From Candidatus Micrarchaeota archaeon (lineage in GTDB: Archaea > Micrarchaeota > Micrarchaeia > Micrarchaeales > CABMGC01), in the NCBI GenBank assembly GCA_021796225.1, contig JAJYOL010000003.1, positions 28,042 to 92,041 on the forward strand: 64,000 bases of DNA. The letters run 5' to 3'. The notes beneath the pieces are model-generated. The model was not told the origin of the DNA and ran no database searches. It saw nothing but the letters and a program-made list of their open reading frames with translations. Position numbers and translations under genes: made by a program. This document shows positions 63,663 through 64,000 of this stretch, piece by piece (position 1 is the first letter of the stretch; each line of letters opens with the position of its first letter).

Positions 63663-64000
63663 TTGTTTTGATAGAAGTGCTCTTTTACGATATTCTCCAG
63701 CTCGTCGACGGCTTCCTTCTGCTTCCCATCGCTGTTGTATATTATGTAGATGGGTATGCTAAGATATATGGCGCATGAGGAAAGTATTGCCAGGTTCACG
63801 CTTCTGTGTTCGTCTATTTCAAGCACGGAGTCGTTTATGTTTCTTCTCCCGGGCTTGGTGGCATCGTTCTTTCTCCTGTTCCATATCTCCTGGGCAGTCG
63901 CGTCGATATATATTATGGCGCTAATCCTTATATTCCTAAGCTCGTCTATCGTCACTCCGGGCACGTATCTCCTCCCATATTTTATGGTAAGATGCGTGTC
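63659..64000 (-). CDS. adkA: Archaeal-type adenylate kinase, C-terminal part (ORF open to the window end)
   Basis: The frame stays open from 63964 to 64000 and reads DTHLTIKYGRRYVPGVTIDELRNI, matching the AdkA DTH..IKTP.GYLPGL motif. Confidence 0.75.
   Translation of the reverse strand, partial: DTHLTIKYGRRYVPGVTIDELRNIRISAIIYIDATAQEIWNRRKNDATKPGRRNINDSVLEIDEHRSVNLAILSSCAIYLSIPIYIIYNSDGKQKEAVDELENIVKEHFYQNK

Noticed and set aside
1-64000. I looked for CRISPR arrays, IS or transposase genes, integrases, rRNA, and toxin-antitoxin or known defence cassettes.
   Set aside because: I saw no regularly spaced direct repeats, terminal inverted repeats, transposase or integrase motifs, or rRNA-like sequence. 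The only repeated DNA is the paralogous pilin-like gene family.

Overview
Compact archaeal chromosomal segment. Both strands are densely coded, many gene junctions are 1-4 nt or overlap, genes are preceded by SD-like GGAGG/GGTGA sites, and intergenic gaps carry TTTATATA-type boxes. No CRISPR array, IS element or rRNA was seen.

Core housekeeping content:
- r-protein/RNAP cluster rpoD - tRNA-Leu - L18e - L13 - S9 - rpoN - tRNA - S2 (4.2-7.3 kb, +)
- exosome superoperon psmA - SBDS - rrp4 - rrp41 - rrp42 - L37ae - orf - rpoP (27.2-31.6 kb, -)
- mrp - orc1/cdc6, trpS, RNase Z, GGGP synthase, truD, secF-secD
- PolD small and large subunits (55.4-60.5 kb)
- tail of the spc cluster adk - DUF106 - L34e - cmk - L14e (61.9-64.0 kb, -)

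PolD, a histone-fold protein and the exosome argue against bacteria and Crenarchaeota. Multi-intron tRNAs and prepilin-like LamG proteins suggest an ultrasmall DPANN (Micrarchaeota/ARMAN-like) or Thermoplasmata-related lineage. I cannot confirm that without a database.

Most notable observations:
1. Two of the four tRNA genes each carry two introns, including textbook BHB introns inside the T-loop. One of these tRNAs reads anticodon AGG.
2. Four paralogous class III signal peptide + LamG proteins (three in tandem at 0.3-3.0 kb, one at 25.2 kb) all end in an orphan LamG first-strand motif.
3. An orphan wHTH-REC response regulator is fused to a degenerate GGDEF/Cas10-palm-like domain (NGDDF) and is transcribed divergently from the fourth pilin-like gene.
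4. A C/D-box-like element lies in the leader of the histone gene.
5. A 43-aa rpoP is missing from the ORF track.
6. There are several surface-glycosylation genes and lineage-specific orphan genes.

All functional calls come from motif recognition by eye, not from searches.
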